Assembly (NCBI GenBank): GCA_039545335.1
Contig: BCIN01000005.1
Location: forward strand, 834,641 to 898,640
Length of the DNA: 64,000 nt
Direction of reading: 5' to 3'
Origin: Kondoa subrosea
Taxonomy: Eukaryota
Position 1 is the first letter of the stretch; each line of letters opens with the position of its first letter. The notes beneath the pieces are model-generated. The model was not told where the DNA came from and ran no database searches. It saw only the letters and a list, made by a program, of their open reading frames with translations. Shown here piece after piece: positions 1 through 12,983 of this stretch. A program made the position numbers and the translations under genes.

Positions 1-552
1 TTTGCATTTCAAGAAACACCGCGAATCAGCTACCTACCATGAAGTCTAGTAAGTCTATAGTATCAAGGAACCTTGAATAAGTTTGACTGAGTTCCTGTCA
101 CAGTGGTTGGCAAGCTGGACCTGAGACGCCTATGTTGCGCTTGCTGCTTCTCCTGGATGGGGAAGCAACCGATATGGACGAATTCGAGCTGGATCTACTC
201 GGCTTATCTTGGGCTCACGTCACGGTCTTTTTGGTCGGCGTAGACGGATGTCCTCATCATCACCGGCATGCAAACGAGTTGCAGCGCATTTCCGATGTCA
301 ATCATCATGTTTCGGTAAGTACAATCTTCGGATCTCGAAGAATTTCAGGTACTGACTCAAAAGTATAGTTCGTTGATGCTCAAGGCAATACTCCTGAGCG
401 TTTCGTCACTCACGGTGAGCTTGCTTCCTCTCCCTCTCTCTCTGGACTCTGCTTAGTAATCATCTATAGAACTTCTCAAGAGACATCTCGGTGTCGATTT
501 GACTTTGAAAGAGTTTGAGAAGCTTGAGGAGCTGCCTGCTTACACGGTGTAG
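1..552 (+). CDS. 3' part of a conserved fungal hypothetical protein (vWA-like alpha/beta region); 5' end outside the window
   Basis: Four exons joined at GT-AG introns give ...HEVYGWQAGPETPMLRLLLLLDGEATDMDEFELDLLGLSWAHVTVFLVGVDGCPHHHRHANELQRISDVNHHVSFVDAQGNTPERFVTHELLKRHLG...EELPAYTV, with TAG at 550-552. LLLLLDGE followed by VFLVGV resembles vWA strands. Confidence 0.7.
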
Positions 553-815
553 CAGCATTTTAAGTATGCTTATGTAAGACCTTTTCATTGTGTATTATGA
601 TTTCAGCTTGTATAGTTTCAGCATTTCAGTAGTGTTATGAGTGTATGATCTTCAGTTATATCTTGTAATCTCCAGGCGACGATGGGTCAAAACATGCGAT
701 TTCTTTGATTCCATCTCTTGCTCTTGAGCACCGCTGCTTCTAGACTTATGTGTGCCATGATACTCCTTTATAACCCATACTGGACTGATTTAAGCGCGTT
801 GTAGCTCTCGCAAGC

Positions 816-1300
816 ATGGGATCCCTTCAGGCAGTGCTTTTCGCTTGTCTGCTTATGTTGGCCGGAGTATTGGCTCAAGAGACCACGAACAGGCCAGAAC
901 CTGTCGCAGCTCAACCCAGCTCAACTAAGTGCGTCTGGAATTATTCTTTCAGATTTGATCGGGCGTGAAAAAGCTAATTTGAGCACACGGTAGCAATGTT
1001 TCGGTTTCTGGCAATTCCAATACTTCAGCTTCTGCTACTACCGCAACTTCAGCTTTACCTATCGCTTCTCTTCCTGCTGGATTGACAGAATCCCACGATA
1101 GTACGCTTCTTGGGCACTCTGCAATGAAATCGAGCTGAACTTGTATTACAAAAGTCACTGTTTCTGCTCCTGTGCCGCCTCAAACGAAAGGAGGTGCTGG
1201 ATATGGTCCGCCTGATACATACATTGCCAAAGATGGAGCATTGCAAGCGGGGTTATCTGTATCTGTGGTAGGCGCAGCAGTACTTTGGCATTTGATCTGA
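816..1300 (+). CDS. Small secreted, probably GPI-anchored Ser/Thr-rich protein (3 exons; absent from the ORF track)
   Basis: ATG at 816. Signal peptide MGSLQAVLFACLLMLAGVLA, two GT-AG introns that keep the frame, S/T-rich middle, hydrophobic C-terminus GALQAGLSVSVVGAAVLWHLI, TGA at 1298-1300. Confidence 0.8.
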
Positions 1301-1392
1301 GTTGATCTCGGGAACACGGACACTCTCGTTGTTTGTACGCATTGCATGATTGAATTAGCATCGATATATCGTTCGGTATTGCATTTCTAGAT

Positions 1393-2794
1393 CTAAAACG
1401 TTTCAGCCTCTTCCTGCTCTAGCTCGTCCGGTACTTCGAATCCTTCCTATAGTTCAAGCATAAGCGCAGCAACAATGCAAAGGAGAAGAACACGCACCTC
1501 TGTTGCGTATAGGATGTCTCTTATTGCTACTAAAGATTTCGATTCATCGTTTTCCGTTTCTTCACCTAGCGCTTCCAGTCTTGCTCCGACAATAATTTCA
1601 ATGTCCCGCAGCTGCTCGACGTATTAGCTGGATCGGTATTATGCAAAGCATAATCTTTAGCTCACTTTCGCAAAGTAGAAGTCTCGCTGTACGTCAGGGT
1701 AGCAAAATCTATCAGCCCCGGACTGAAGATCAGGCTCTCTTTCTACGCACCTCCTTTTCCAAATTTTCTACGCTCATCTTCATCTCATTCATCTGACCAG
1801 TTAAAGCCTGAATAGCTAGATCCGTTGCTCTGTTTTGACCTGGTAAAGCAGCAGGTGCCGCTCTCCGACTTGCTGCCATAGCTGATCCTGATCTTGCAGG
1901 TGCACTGGAATGTGAAGTGGATCGAGAAGTACTTGCTGCTCCCCCTCCTCCCGTTGAAACGGTTTGAGCTTGTCTTCTGCTAATACTGTATGCCCGGAAA
2001 GGAACACATCAGAAAAGTACTGATGAGGCCATTTGAGGGACGTACGGATCGTATTCATCGCCTGGGAAAGTTTGATCCCACCATCTGGTATAATCAATCA
2101 GTACGCTTGCTACACAAAGCACAAAATGAAAAGGCGCACTTCTTCATCCATCTAAGCAGAACAGAAAGCTTCATCAGTAAGACAAAAGAGATTTGAGAGT
2201 AATAAGAGAACTGACTGAAGCATCTCTAGATTGTCTTGCATCTTGCACTTTATCAATTGTTCAACTGGAATAGGTTTATCGATTTTATGCGATTTGAAAG
2301 CAGCGGTGAGAACTGTTTTCGATAGGAGCGAATGTATCAGTTTCGGTACGCGCATGTAGAAGAAAAGGTAGATAGAGAGTGAAATGAAACAGAGCTGTAA
2401 TGTGACCTACTCTTGAAGTTCTGTATGTATTCGTACTCGCTTTTGGCATTGAATTTGACCTGTCCGAAACTCGGAACGGTAAGCTATACAACATAGCATG
2501 CACCAGTCTTGAGCACGGACTTTATTGAGTGGAACATCCTGGTAGACTGAATCCACAATTTGGTTCTGCTCTCTGTGTAAGCTCCAATACAAAGAAGCAG
2601 TGTACAATAAGAAAGGCACATAGACAGCTCCAGAACCACAAGATTCGACTTTGGTGATGCTGAGTTGAAGCTTGAATGCAAATCAACATTGAGCGCTTTC
2701 GAGTCTTCTGTTGTCATAGACAACGCTGAGGACTCACCAGCTCGTTCACCCAACTCAGCAAGCTGGTTCGAGACTCTCCGAGTAAAGCTGCCAT
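1393..2794 (-). CDS. BIM1: Microtubule plus-end binding protein, EB1/Bim1/Mal3 family (multi-exon)
   Basis: Spliced product MAALLGESRTSLLSWVNEL...ITKVESCGSGAVY...QIVDSVYQDVPLNKV...KIDKPIPVEQLIKCKMQDNLEMLQ (CH domain), then RDFYFAKLRDIEI (EBH domain) and the acidic tail EGFEVPDELEQEEAETF. Confidence 0.95.
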
Positions 2795-2936
2795 GTCGCG
2801 TTTCGAGAGAAGAAAATGTTAACGCGATATCTTTGCGATCACAGATGTAGAGTGGGTGTACAATGTAGCCAACTAGCAAGCTAATGCATTGTACAAGTTT
2901 CCTAAGAAGAAATGCATACAAATCATACAGACTCAT

Positions 2937-5900
2937 TTACCGCCTAGGTCTGTTGTCCCTGTCCGAATCTCTTCGTCTCTTCCTAGAATCGTCGTTATCC
3001 GCTGTTATTCGAGCTGCAGAAACACCGATCAAATCAATTGCTATCTGGAAAATAGCAAGTCATCAAAAACTCACAAGCCAAATCTTTCCTCTTTCTTGAA
3101 TCATCCTGCTCATCTTTGATGCCAGGTGAATTCAAGGGACTTTGATTAGCAGAAGCAGCGCTTTCTCTTTCGGCTCTGCGTGCAGCAGCATCGGGTCTAC
3201 CTCTTCTAGCTGGTCCTGCATTGGCAGAATTTGCGTTGTTGTTGCCAGAGTTCGAGCCATTTTGATCATTTGACCGATCTTGTCCTTGCCCAGTGACAGC
3301 AGCGTAAATAGGCCTGGTTCGGTTGGGATCGACTCTTGCTCTTGGTCCGGAAGGTGGTACAACGTTTGTAGATGCGGCGGAAGAAGATCCTCCTGATGCT
3401 GCTGGAGCTTGAGGATTGTTCTTGAGTGCCGCTTGCCCTTTGATAGAGAATCCGGCCGCGATCACATCTGTACCACCAAAAGCAGGAGCGGCAGCAGGAG
3501 AAGCGGACCCCACCGGTGGAGAGCTGTTTCGATTGTTTGCTGTTCCGTTGATGGAGATTCCGCTGCCGTTACGAGGGCCTTGAGGAATAGGTTTGGCGGC
3601 CGTTCCTTTGGGACCAGTCGGAATCGCAGAATGGCCTTTGGGTCCTACTGGCGGATTAGAAGAAGATGCAGTAGAAGCTTCTTCCCTTGATGGTACATCT
3701 TTGTTTGATGCTCGGGAGGCTTCTTTGACAACATCTTTGGGCGGTTCTGTACGAGACGGAGGAAGAGCGCTTCTCGGAGAAGGCTCAGGTCGAGAAGAGT
3801 CTCTTGCTTGACTTCTCGAAGAATCAGAGGGACGCGATGATTCGATAGGTGAGTTGCCCCAAGAATGCGCCTTTAGAGACAAGAATCAGCTCATGTTCAA
3901 TTCTGAGAACGGATACACTGACATCATCGTCCACCTTGCGTCTGTTATCCGCGTCACCTCTTCGATCATCATCAAGTCTCCTTCTTTTTGGCGAGGGTTC
4001 TCTTTGAGAGCTCGAAACCTTGCGATCATCTGGTTTCGCCCGATCTCTTCTGCCATCTCGATCATCGTCCCGTCGTGAAGGCCTAGAGCGGTCCAGAGAG
4101 CGGCTCCGACTTCTCCTACGATCTCGGTCGGATCTTTCTCGACTTCTGGGTCTGTCTCGTTCTCGCTCTTTGCCTTTGTCCTTCTCTTTGGCTCCATCCT
4201 TTTCGCGTGCACGGTCTGTTTCGCGCCGATCTGACTCCTTGCGTCTCCCTAGGCGATCATCCTGACTATCTACCCTAGCTCGATCGCGGTCTCGGTCAGC
4301 AGATCTTCTGTCATCGCGATCTTTTGAATGCGTTGAGCCAACTGGCGAAACGTTCCTGCTTCTCGATGGTGCAGAACGATCACTAGGACGAGAGGAGCGA
4401 TTGCCTGAATCGCGAGAATCGCGGGTATCTCTTCTGGGTGAGATTGGTCTACGAGATGGTGAAGGTTGTCTTCGAGGAGGCGAAACGCGACGAGGTGAAG
4501 GTGCTCGAGGTGGTGGCATCGCACGGCTATTTGCAGGCGCAGTGGGTGGCATCGTAGAGCGAGATGTACGCGGTTCGCTTGGCGGAGCACGATCGGGTTC
4601 GGATGCTTGAGGCTTTGCTGGAAGACCGGCTGGTAAACCATTCGTCGGTTTCTCGACAGCTTTTGGGGCAGCCTCTACTGCATCTATCTTCTTCGCGCGG
4701 TCCTCTACTTTAAGATCCTTCGAAACTTCGACTAAATTGACTGGCTGTTCTTCTGTCTTTGGCTGTGGTGTCTCAGGCTTGGAAGCCTTGACCGGACTTG
4801 CTGTAGTCGACTCTTTTGGACTGTCTTTGACTATCGAAGACTTCTCAACAGAAGCTGCACGTTGAGCATTTTCCGCCTTTGCTGGTTCTGGCTTAGCTGG
4901 GGAATCACCGCGTGTGGACGGGTTACGACTGAAAATTCTCATCAAAATCACTTCTTGGCAAATAATATTGATGCCTACGATGGTCCGCCTGGTCGCGCTG
5001 GTAGCGCAGCAACACCAGTTGGGCGAGAAGAGGAAGTCTCAGCACTTGTCGAGGTCGAAGGTGTGGAGGCTCTGCCAGCATTGTCTGACGAGTACAGAAT
5101 GGCTTTCGATGATGGTCGAGTTGCTGTCACAGGCGGTACACTTCGAGCCTCTTCTTTCTTGTCAGTGGTAGACGCAGGAGGCTCTTTACTAGTTGGAGGC
5201 GCGGCGCTTGTGCCATTCGTTTTGGTATTCACAGCAGTAGTGGCTGGTGCAGCAAGCTATAGACAGGCAGTTAGTTGATAAACAGGTAAGAAAGGACAAA
5301 GTCTCAGCTTACAGAAGTAGGCTTTGGCCTTGGCAACGGTTCCGTCTTCCAGAGCTCTGACTTCTCTCCCTTTGCATGTATTTCCAGCTTACTCTTATAC
5401 CTGAAAGTTTGTGAGCGCGGCAAACGTGAAACACGGTAAGCGCGACTCACCCCATAGCTAGAGTTTTGATGTCATCTCGATCTTCGCGTCCAATCACCTC
5501 ATTGACCTCACCGATCAGCTTCACCCCCAATTCTCTTGTGCATGGAAAGTAATCAGATATTTGGCTAAGCACCAAAAGCCCGTTACGGATTCCCATGTAT
5601 TCGCGGGACAGAAGACACAGCCTCAGGCCCTATATTGTATTTTCAGCAAGAGCTGACGAACATGTACTCGCAGATGCCTCACATTGATCGTATTCTTCGA
5701 CCATTTGATGTAAACACTTTGAAGGTTCTCGTAAGGGAGACAGTCCTTCTCTGAAAGAAGAGCGGGATTGGCTAAAGCGATTCCCTTGTGTATTAATCCA
5801 GGTTTGATAAGCTGGACTTGAGTTGACCCAGCAGGCAGTAGTCCCATACCAGACGTTTTGTAAGTGGTCTCGTCTTTGTACCAGGTGGTAAGATGGCGTA

Positions 5901-8900
5901 TCACATCGGCAAAGAAGCGCGCTGAGAAGAACCCAGTCAGCTTAAGCCAGCAATGATTGCTACTGACTAATTTACCATAATTGCGTACTTCATCTTCTGT
6001 CATACGAAAGATGGTAGGCGCAAGCTGATCGCCAAACATCTATACCGGATACTTAGCTGATGTTCTGATGAATCAAACTTGCTCTCGTACCTGATTGTAA
6101 AATGTGAGAGTAGGGAAATTTGGCGTTCGACAGTCATGTAGCAGCTGAACAAAGCGAGAGCAGAACAAAGCATCAGCAGGCGAGAGCTTCGCGCGAGCCA
6201 TGATCATATGTTGCATGAAGAGAGAGCTGATCATTGCACGACCTTTGGCGGCAGTACCAGCTGGCGGATTTGCTGAGATCATATATGAGCAAGTCATTGA
6301 TGTAAACAGCACTCAACACACGTAGCCAATGTGTCGATTCGACTTGCAGTCTGGCGCACACTGCTTCTGACGCGGTCCTCTGACTCTCTTTCTCGCGATC
6401 AAGAATGAGTGATTGTTCGCGAAGGCGAAGCTTGACCAAATCGCGATCCTGAGCATCTTTGATATCGTAGTACTGATCAGATGAGGACAGTTCGTCAACA
6501 CGAGCACGAAGAGATCTGTAAGTTTCGGAAGGTAGATAGATGTCGCGCAATTCTAAACACCAAAAAGTAGCAAAGAAGGCCGGACTGATTGGGACATTAG
6601 TAGAGCATTTGATGAATAGCTCTCGGCATACCTGATGAACTCTTTGAAAGAAGTAGGCAGTAGGCGCTCCACGAGTTCAATAGTCGGAGCCAATGCAGGA
6701 TTAACTTGGATCTATTGTAATAGGTCTATCTTGTGCAACCAACGCGAAAGAAGAGGCACATACAGCTTCTGTGGGTTTTTTAGCGGCTACTAGCTCTTGA
6801 TTCTCTGCAAGCGCGATGAGAAGAGCAAGCCGGAAGTGATAGTTGACCTTACCTTGTTTGACCTTGATATCAGCCGCCTGCACGCAAGACTGAGCAATAC
6901 ATCAAATTTTGCGGCAAATAGACCTACTCTCATTGCTGGACTAATGATAGGCCGTACCATATGGAAAGCAACGCTGACTTCGATGCCAAACGTCTCCCAC
7001 AATTCACCTAGAGAAGGAACGAGCGCTTCGTACTCCGTCGGCGTGAGGTAGACAGCCAAAAAATCTAGGTACTGATATAGCGTGTTGTGGATCTAGCCAG
7101 ATGCCTCACTTTGAGCTCTCCCGAAGAAGCAACTTGAACGGCGGACTAACAGTATTGTAAAGATTGCCCAAATACTTAAGCTGAACAGCGTCTGATTCTT
7201 CAGCTGTGAAGATACTCGTTTGGCGAATCTTTGCAATTCGCAAAAGCAATGGTTTGCCATATCCGGTATTGACGAACGCTGCACGCAATCTTGCAAGATG
7301 TTTAGCGTTTGCTGTGCTTCTCTTTCCCGTACGCAGACTAGCAACAGTTGTTGGTGTTGTAAACTCAGCCCGAAGCGTTTTTCCTCCGCTCAATGCATAG
7401 ATACCCAACTCTGAGATATCGGCAGGTGCGACCACGTCAAGGCCTCCAAGCTTGCTGATCAGGTCTCTCAAAATGATCAATTCGGATGGTTGGTCTGCTG
7501 CAAGCTGTTTGACCACGTAGAGGACCATGAGACTGACATCAAAAGCCCAACGCTTGTGCAACAGGGAAACGAAAGTCGATAGACCTTGAAGCCAAATCGA
7601 CGTGTTTGTTCCATCTGATTTTGTCCGATGTCTTGAAGGATCTGACAACGCTTCAAGTATCGAGTACGACATGACATCGTACTCGAAGGGCTGCAGATAT
7701 CGAGTAGCCTCGACAGTAGGTAGAATGATGTTGTCGTACGATTCAACTTGGTGCAGGACGATAGAAAAGATAGTGAGAGGATCCGTATGCGCTACTTTAG
7801 CAAACTGTCGACCAAACTTCTTGTGCGCTGCTGCATCCGATCCGATTCGTTTCATGAGGTTTTTGGTTTCTTTTTCAGCTTCAGCCCGTTTGACTTTAAC
7901 ATCAATAAAGTTTTTTGGCGCTCTTTCTTTCCAATCGCCATAGATACCATATCTAAGGTTCATCGGGAATTGAGATATCAATGACCAGAGCGAGATAGAA
8001 AGTCCAGGATTAGCTTCTGACAGAGTGAGAGCAGGTAAGATGTGGGTTTTGCAGACGTCTAGCCAAGGTGCAGCTGAATCCGCATCAGTCTATGCAAACG
8101 GGCTCAGTCGATCACGAGCAGCAGCAAAATAAGGCAGGAGCCCTTACCACTTTCCGTGACGATAATTCATGTGCACCAACTCTGATCAGTTTGTTGAAGA
8201 AGCTCATGTCTCTACATGCTCTTGCTCCAACAAAGCGCAACAAATTGACAATAGTTGGAATTACTTCTTCAGCTTGTTCCGAAAGAGGTAATCGATCTTT
8301 CCATTCCGCAAAAAAGTAGTTGAACCGACATCCGGGAACAGCGGGTTGACAAGCCAAAGCAGTAAGAAAAGTAGGCAATACTTTAGCTGGAACAATCTTC
8401 TTCTCGGAAATAGAGTAGAATGGTTTTGCTTGAGAAAATCCTTCGGAGACGTTGGCAGAAGCTCTTGAAAGTGATTTGTATGCAGGAGTAAGAATGATAT
8501 TCATGAGCCGAAGAAGTAGATCAGCAATTTCTGGGTAAGGTGAAGCAAGCCAAGGGAAGTTCGAGAGAATGAACATGCTGGTCTTGAGATCGCCTATACC
8601 TAATGCTGCTCTCAGCAGACCAAGCTTCTGGTTTGGGGGTTCTCGAGGCGCGACTGCTGCTTTTGGTGCTTCATCTTTCGATCTGGAGGAATCCGGCCCT
8701 CGATCATAACCATCAAGAGTGCCAGCCATAAGGAGAGCGTTGGCTGAGCCCGCTTTCGCTTTAGCTAATTGCGCCGTTTTGTACTTCTCTTTCTTCTCCT
8801 TGAGTTTAGCATCATCAGGAGACAGCTGTATAAGGCTTTCAATATCAACAAAGGTTTATGACGAGAGAAACAGGAAAACCTACATGCGGAAAAAGATCTG

Positions 8901-10314
8901 CTACCCGAACGAATCCATCCCAAATCAGAACCGCAGCGAGCAAATAAAGCTTTTGGGGTGGATCGATCTTTACATCAGACATCTGTTATCGGAACCTCAC
9001 TTCAATGGCCGCAGCGAATGAACTCGATGTCCCTGCTAACCTGATAATAACTAAACTTGAAACCGAGCATTTGGGCAATCGTGTAGTTCCCAACTTCTTC
9101 GCCTAAGCCGCCATCTGGTTCTGATGTAGCAGCATCACCTTGCGTCGCATCAGTCATTTCCACATCTCGAGCATTTTCAGAAGCTGTCGCTGCAGCGCTA
9201 GCGGCTGAAGAAGGAGATGAAGGTTTGCCCCAAGGTGAAATACGAAGTAAAGAGCGGAAGAAAAGGTGATGATGCGTGACATTGTCTGAAAAGACGTCCA
9301 GGATGATATCGAGCGTTCTGGATGGACTAAGATCGAAGAAACCTGCCTCTGGAAGTCAGTCTTTCCGCACATTGGAGAACTTGCTATCACTCACCAATGA
9401 GAGAGAAGATATTGTTCTTGACTACTTGAGCTCTCTGATCTCGCTCTTCATCACTGTTCGTCAAAGAATCCCGCCTTAGCTTCCGAATCAGCTAAGTAGA
9501 AGCGAGACGAACGATTCAGTAGCCAACCCGTTGGAATCGTGAGGCGGTCCCATATTAGCCAAGAGCTCGGCAATGAGCTTAGAAAAGCCTTCACTCTCTT
9601 CTCGAAGCAGATTGAATTTTGTCTGCTTATAACTGCAGCCAGAATTTCAGCACATGATATACGAGATTTAAAGGAATCAAGCATACAAGAGTCCTGTTCT
9701 TGTTCTGATCTCTGATCTTGTATTGTTGTTTTCCGCGACAGTTGGTGCTTCAGAAAGCAGAAGCGATACTCTAAGTTTCTGGAGCGGCAATGGAATCTGA
9801 GGCTATTGCTCCCCCAATCAGCTATGCTCTCTGCGTCCTCAATGAATAAACGAACAACAAGAGCAGCTAGTAATCTTCTGAGCGCGAAGCGTCCAGGAGA
9901 AACCCTAGGCCAATCTTGCGTTGATGAATTGGAACCGATGGGGAATGACCAATTCTCTCCACTCGCTTCAAAGGTAGCGTCCAAAGTCCAGCAGATATCA
10001 AGGATCACATTTTGTAAGCATTCGTAAGCGGCTGTAGGTAAGCGTTCGACATAAGGTCCTTTTGAAGATTCCTGAGCCTGTGTTGACGATTCAGGCAAAG
10101 CAGAGAAAGCATCTTGAAGTAGCTGAGCAGTTTCAGACACTGTGGGCTTGTCATGCTTTGTAGTGTTGTATAGAACAGTCGACAGGCAGTCTACCAATTC
10201 TTCAGGTAAAGGTTGTAATTGAGCTGCGGCTGTCAATGACTGGGTCAGAGTAGAGCGTGTAGCATCGTTGCAGCTTGCGATGAATGCAGAGCCCTGCTCT
10301 TTGAGTGTAGACAT
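2937..10314 (-). CDS. THO2: THO complex subunit 2 (Tho2/Rlr1/THOC2), multi-exon, with R/D/S-rich low-complexity C-terminus
   Basis: Motifs YKQTKFNLLREESEGFSKL, FPMNLRYGIYGDW, KNLMKRIGSD, VLHQVESYDNIILPTVEATRY, FFATFWCLELRDIYLP and SREYMGIRNGLLVL are typical of THOC2. The end exons were placed by hand. Confidence 0.92.
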
Positions 10315-10543
10315 AAAGGTATAGTCTAGGCAGACATCGAAGTTTACGGTCGACAGCAAGGTTGTCTTGAAATGGCCAAATGCAAGCGCTGGACGCTTAC
10401 ACATCGTGAGTCTCTTGAGTCTGCCTACATAGTCGTGTCCTTAAGCTCACTTTCTGTTTCTCGTTCTCTTAGACTGCTATTACTGAAGTTGGTTCGCAGC
10501 AACTTCCGTGTTCTGACACCCTCAGTCACGTCTCTACAACATC

Positions 10544-11378
10544 ATGTCTAGCGACTCTCTCGGAGCATCTTCTGACTCGTCTGGACCCCGCACCTCTGTG
10601 CTCAATCTGGTTATGAGGCACTTGGTACAACTTATCGGCGTGTCGAACATGATTGCTGGCGCTGAAGCGGCTTTGAGGGAAACAGTAAAAGAATTAGATG
10701 AGCGAAAGGAGGATCGTGAGACTGTGAGGCAAAAGCAAGGAATCTTGGAAGAATGCTCGGCAATGATGGCCTCTCAAAGGCAATCACTGCGAGTCGAGGA
10801 AGACGACGAAGACAGAACTATACTAGCAATCAAAACACAACTAGAAGAACTGGACAGAGCGGACGAGAAACTTCTGCAACAACTGAAGGAACGCTGTCCC
10901 TCAATCGAAAGAGAAGATGAAGACTGCTCGCTATTCTCTGACGGCTCATGTCCCTCTACCATTCCAAAAGACTCTTACACCCCTGCAGAATTATCTAAAT
11001 TCATCATTACTGAGCAAATTTCAGCTAACATGGATCTTCGCATCGAAATCGGCGATGAGCTTACTCAAGCTTACCATCGAAGGCTGACTCTGTATCACAG
11101 AGTCGAAGAACTTCACGATAGCCACAGCCAGAGGCAGCAAGAGCTCCGTGATCTCATGAATTCTCATTTTCAGGCCATGATTATTCTAAAGAAAGCGTCG
11201 GAAGCAGTAAAAGTAATGGACGAGCAAGTTCAGCAACGTTTATCGAAGCTCATACCACTTCGTGAGTGTCTTCGCCCTTCAAAGAGACTGCTTTGACCGA
11301 CCCAAACCACCCATAGAACATATGCTCATCACGCAAATGCTTCTCTTCAGCAAAGAAATCAGAGCTACAGCTATCTAG
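10544..11378 (+). CDS. Hypothetical coiled-coil protein
   Basis: 250-codon ORF rich in E/Q/L/R heptads. A probable terminal intron (GTGAGT at ~11262) moves the stop to ~11378; unspliced it ends at 11296. Confidence 0.65.
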
Positions 11379-11759
11379 ATACCATTCGCTCATCTCCGTC
11401 TTATTCAAATTACCGGCATTGACTGTACAATTCACCAATAAACTCTCCAGTCGTTCCATCGCCTTCCAATGCACAACGCGCAAATATATCACCATTGAAT
11501 AAACTTGGGAAGGTCAAGCTTGCGTCAATTGTCTGATGGATCAATCAATGCGGCTCAGACGAACATTACATCGGTGCATTTGGAGTTTCTCGTGCTTTTC
11601 GTTGCCTATGCAAAACTTTTGTTGGCATAAATTGTACCTTGCGCTAGACAGCCTTACTGCGTGCCCGGCGTCTGTTGACAATCGCTTCGCTGCCTGCTAG
11701 TCGCTCTTGAATCGTTACTGAGAGCATATGGATGCTGTGTTTCCTTCTGTTCTATCTGA

Positions 11760-12659
11760 CTATGATCTTTGCATCTTGCTTTGAACCCATCTTTGTACTG
11801 TTTCCGTTTCGATGCCTTGCTCTTCATTCCAGCTATCCTGCTTGCTCCAAGCTACACCCTTATTTCTGGCCCATATCAACTGATATCTAAGTCCAATGTC
11901 TTCCGGATCTCGCTTCAATCTCCCTTCCAGCTCCTCTACCGTCAATACCTCCTCCTGTAATTGCCAACCAAGATCTTTGACAGCATCGCTAATTTGTCGA
12001 AAGCTGACTGTGTCGCCTGCGACGAAAATGATATCTTTCGGTCGTTCATCGCCCAGAACGACTTCTGCTGTAATTCTCCCGATATCTTCTGCAGTAGTTG
12101 CAGTGACCTGATTGTCCCAATTGCCTAAAGCTCTAAGTATTCCATTCCTCAAATCTACCACACCAAACGCTTGATCGAAAAGGAAACTGGTAAAGACTCC
12201 AGTTGAGATAATGGTCCATTCCACTTTGTTTTGAGCTCGAAGTAGCTTTCGGACTTCCAATTGTTCATCAAACAAAGGTTGCGAACTTCCTTTCCCAATC
12301 TTATCGTAATCTACTCCAAATTGCCAAGGTATATAGTATTTGGGTTGACTTGCTAGCACGGCTTGAGTTATACGAAGTTGAGTTCCAGCACCACTAGCAA
12401 AACCAGTAGCAGAGATGATGATATCGAAGTTGGAGAAGACATCAGCTAGAACATTGACTGAGCTGGTCAGATCCTCATAAACGATATCGACTTGAAGTGC
12501 TTGCAATTGCTCTTCTAAAGCTTTACGCTTCGGATTGGTTGATCGACGAAGAAGAACCGACAGGATTGCGGTATCTTTGCGCTTACGTGCAGCGAGAGCA
12601 CTTAAGATAGACAGGCCAAGTTCGCCAGCTCCAATAGTGAGAATACGAAGCTTGCTCAT
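11760..12659 (-). CDS. NmrA-like / isoflavone-reductase-like NAD(P)-dependent reductase, intronless
   Basis: 299-aa uninterrupted ORF with Rossmann motif IGAGELG, YIPWQFGVDYD, LFDEQLEVRKLLRAQ, WTIISTGVFTSFLF and TTAEDIGRITA. Confidence 0.9.
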   Translation of the reverse strand: MSKLRILTIGAGELGLSILSALAARKRKDTAILSVLLRRSTNPKRKALEEQLQALQVDIVYEDLTSSVNVLADVFSNFDIIISATGFASGAGTQLRITQAVLASQPKYYIPWQFGVDYDKIGKGSSQPLFDEQLEVRKLLRAQNKVEWTIISTGVFTSFLFDQAFGVVDLRNGILRALGNWDNQVTATTAEDIGRITAEVVLGDERPKDIIFVAGDTVSFRQISDAVKDLGWQLQEEVLTVEELEGRLKRDPEDIGLRYQLIWARNKGVAWSKQDSWNEEQGIETETVQRWVQSKMQRS

Positions 12660-12983
12660 GGTAGCGCGTATGCAAGCTGCAATGAGGACTAATAAGTGAA
12701 CGACAGACAGCTTAACCAGCTCAAGTTTACGATTACTAAAATGCTTAGTAAGCTGAGACTTGATAGCTTCAGCTTCGGTCTACTCTCGATCTCTGGACAT
12801 GCCATAGACAAGCCCAAAAGGATAAGTGGAAAGTCTCACAAATATCGCGCAGTCTTAAGTTACACGGAATTAATCACCAAGCACCCATGTATTTCTCTTC
12901 GACATGGCATATACTAGAAAGAACTGATGGAAGCTATATACATCATATGTCGACAATCAATGTCCTTAGATTTACCCGTCGCA

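Noticed and set aside
3409..5278. Numerous long plus-strand ORFs (also 15812-16588, 17126-17572, 35178-35771)
   Set aside because: They are antisense shadows of low-complexity or coiled-coil exons on the opposite strand.
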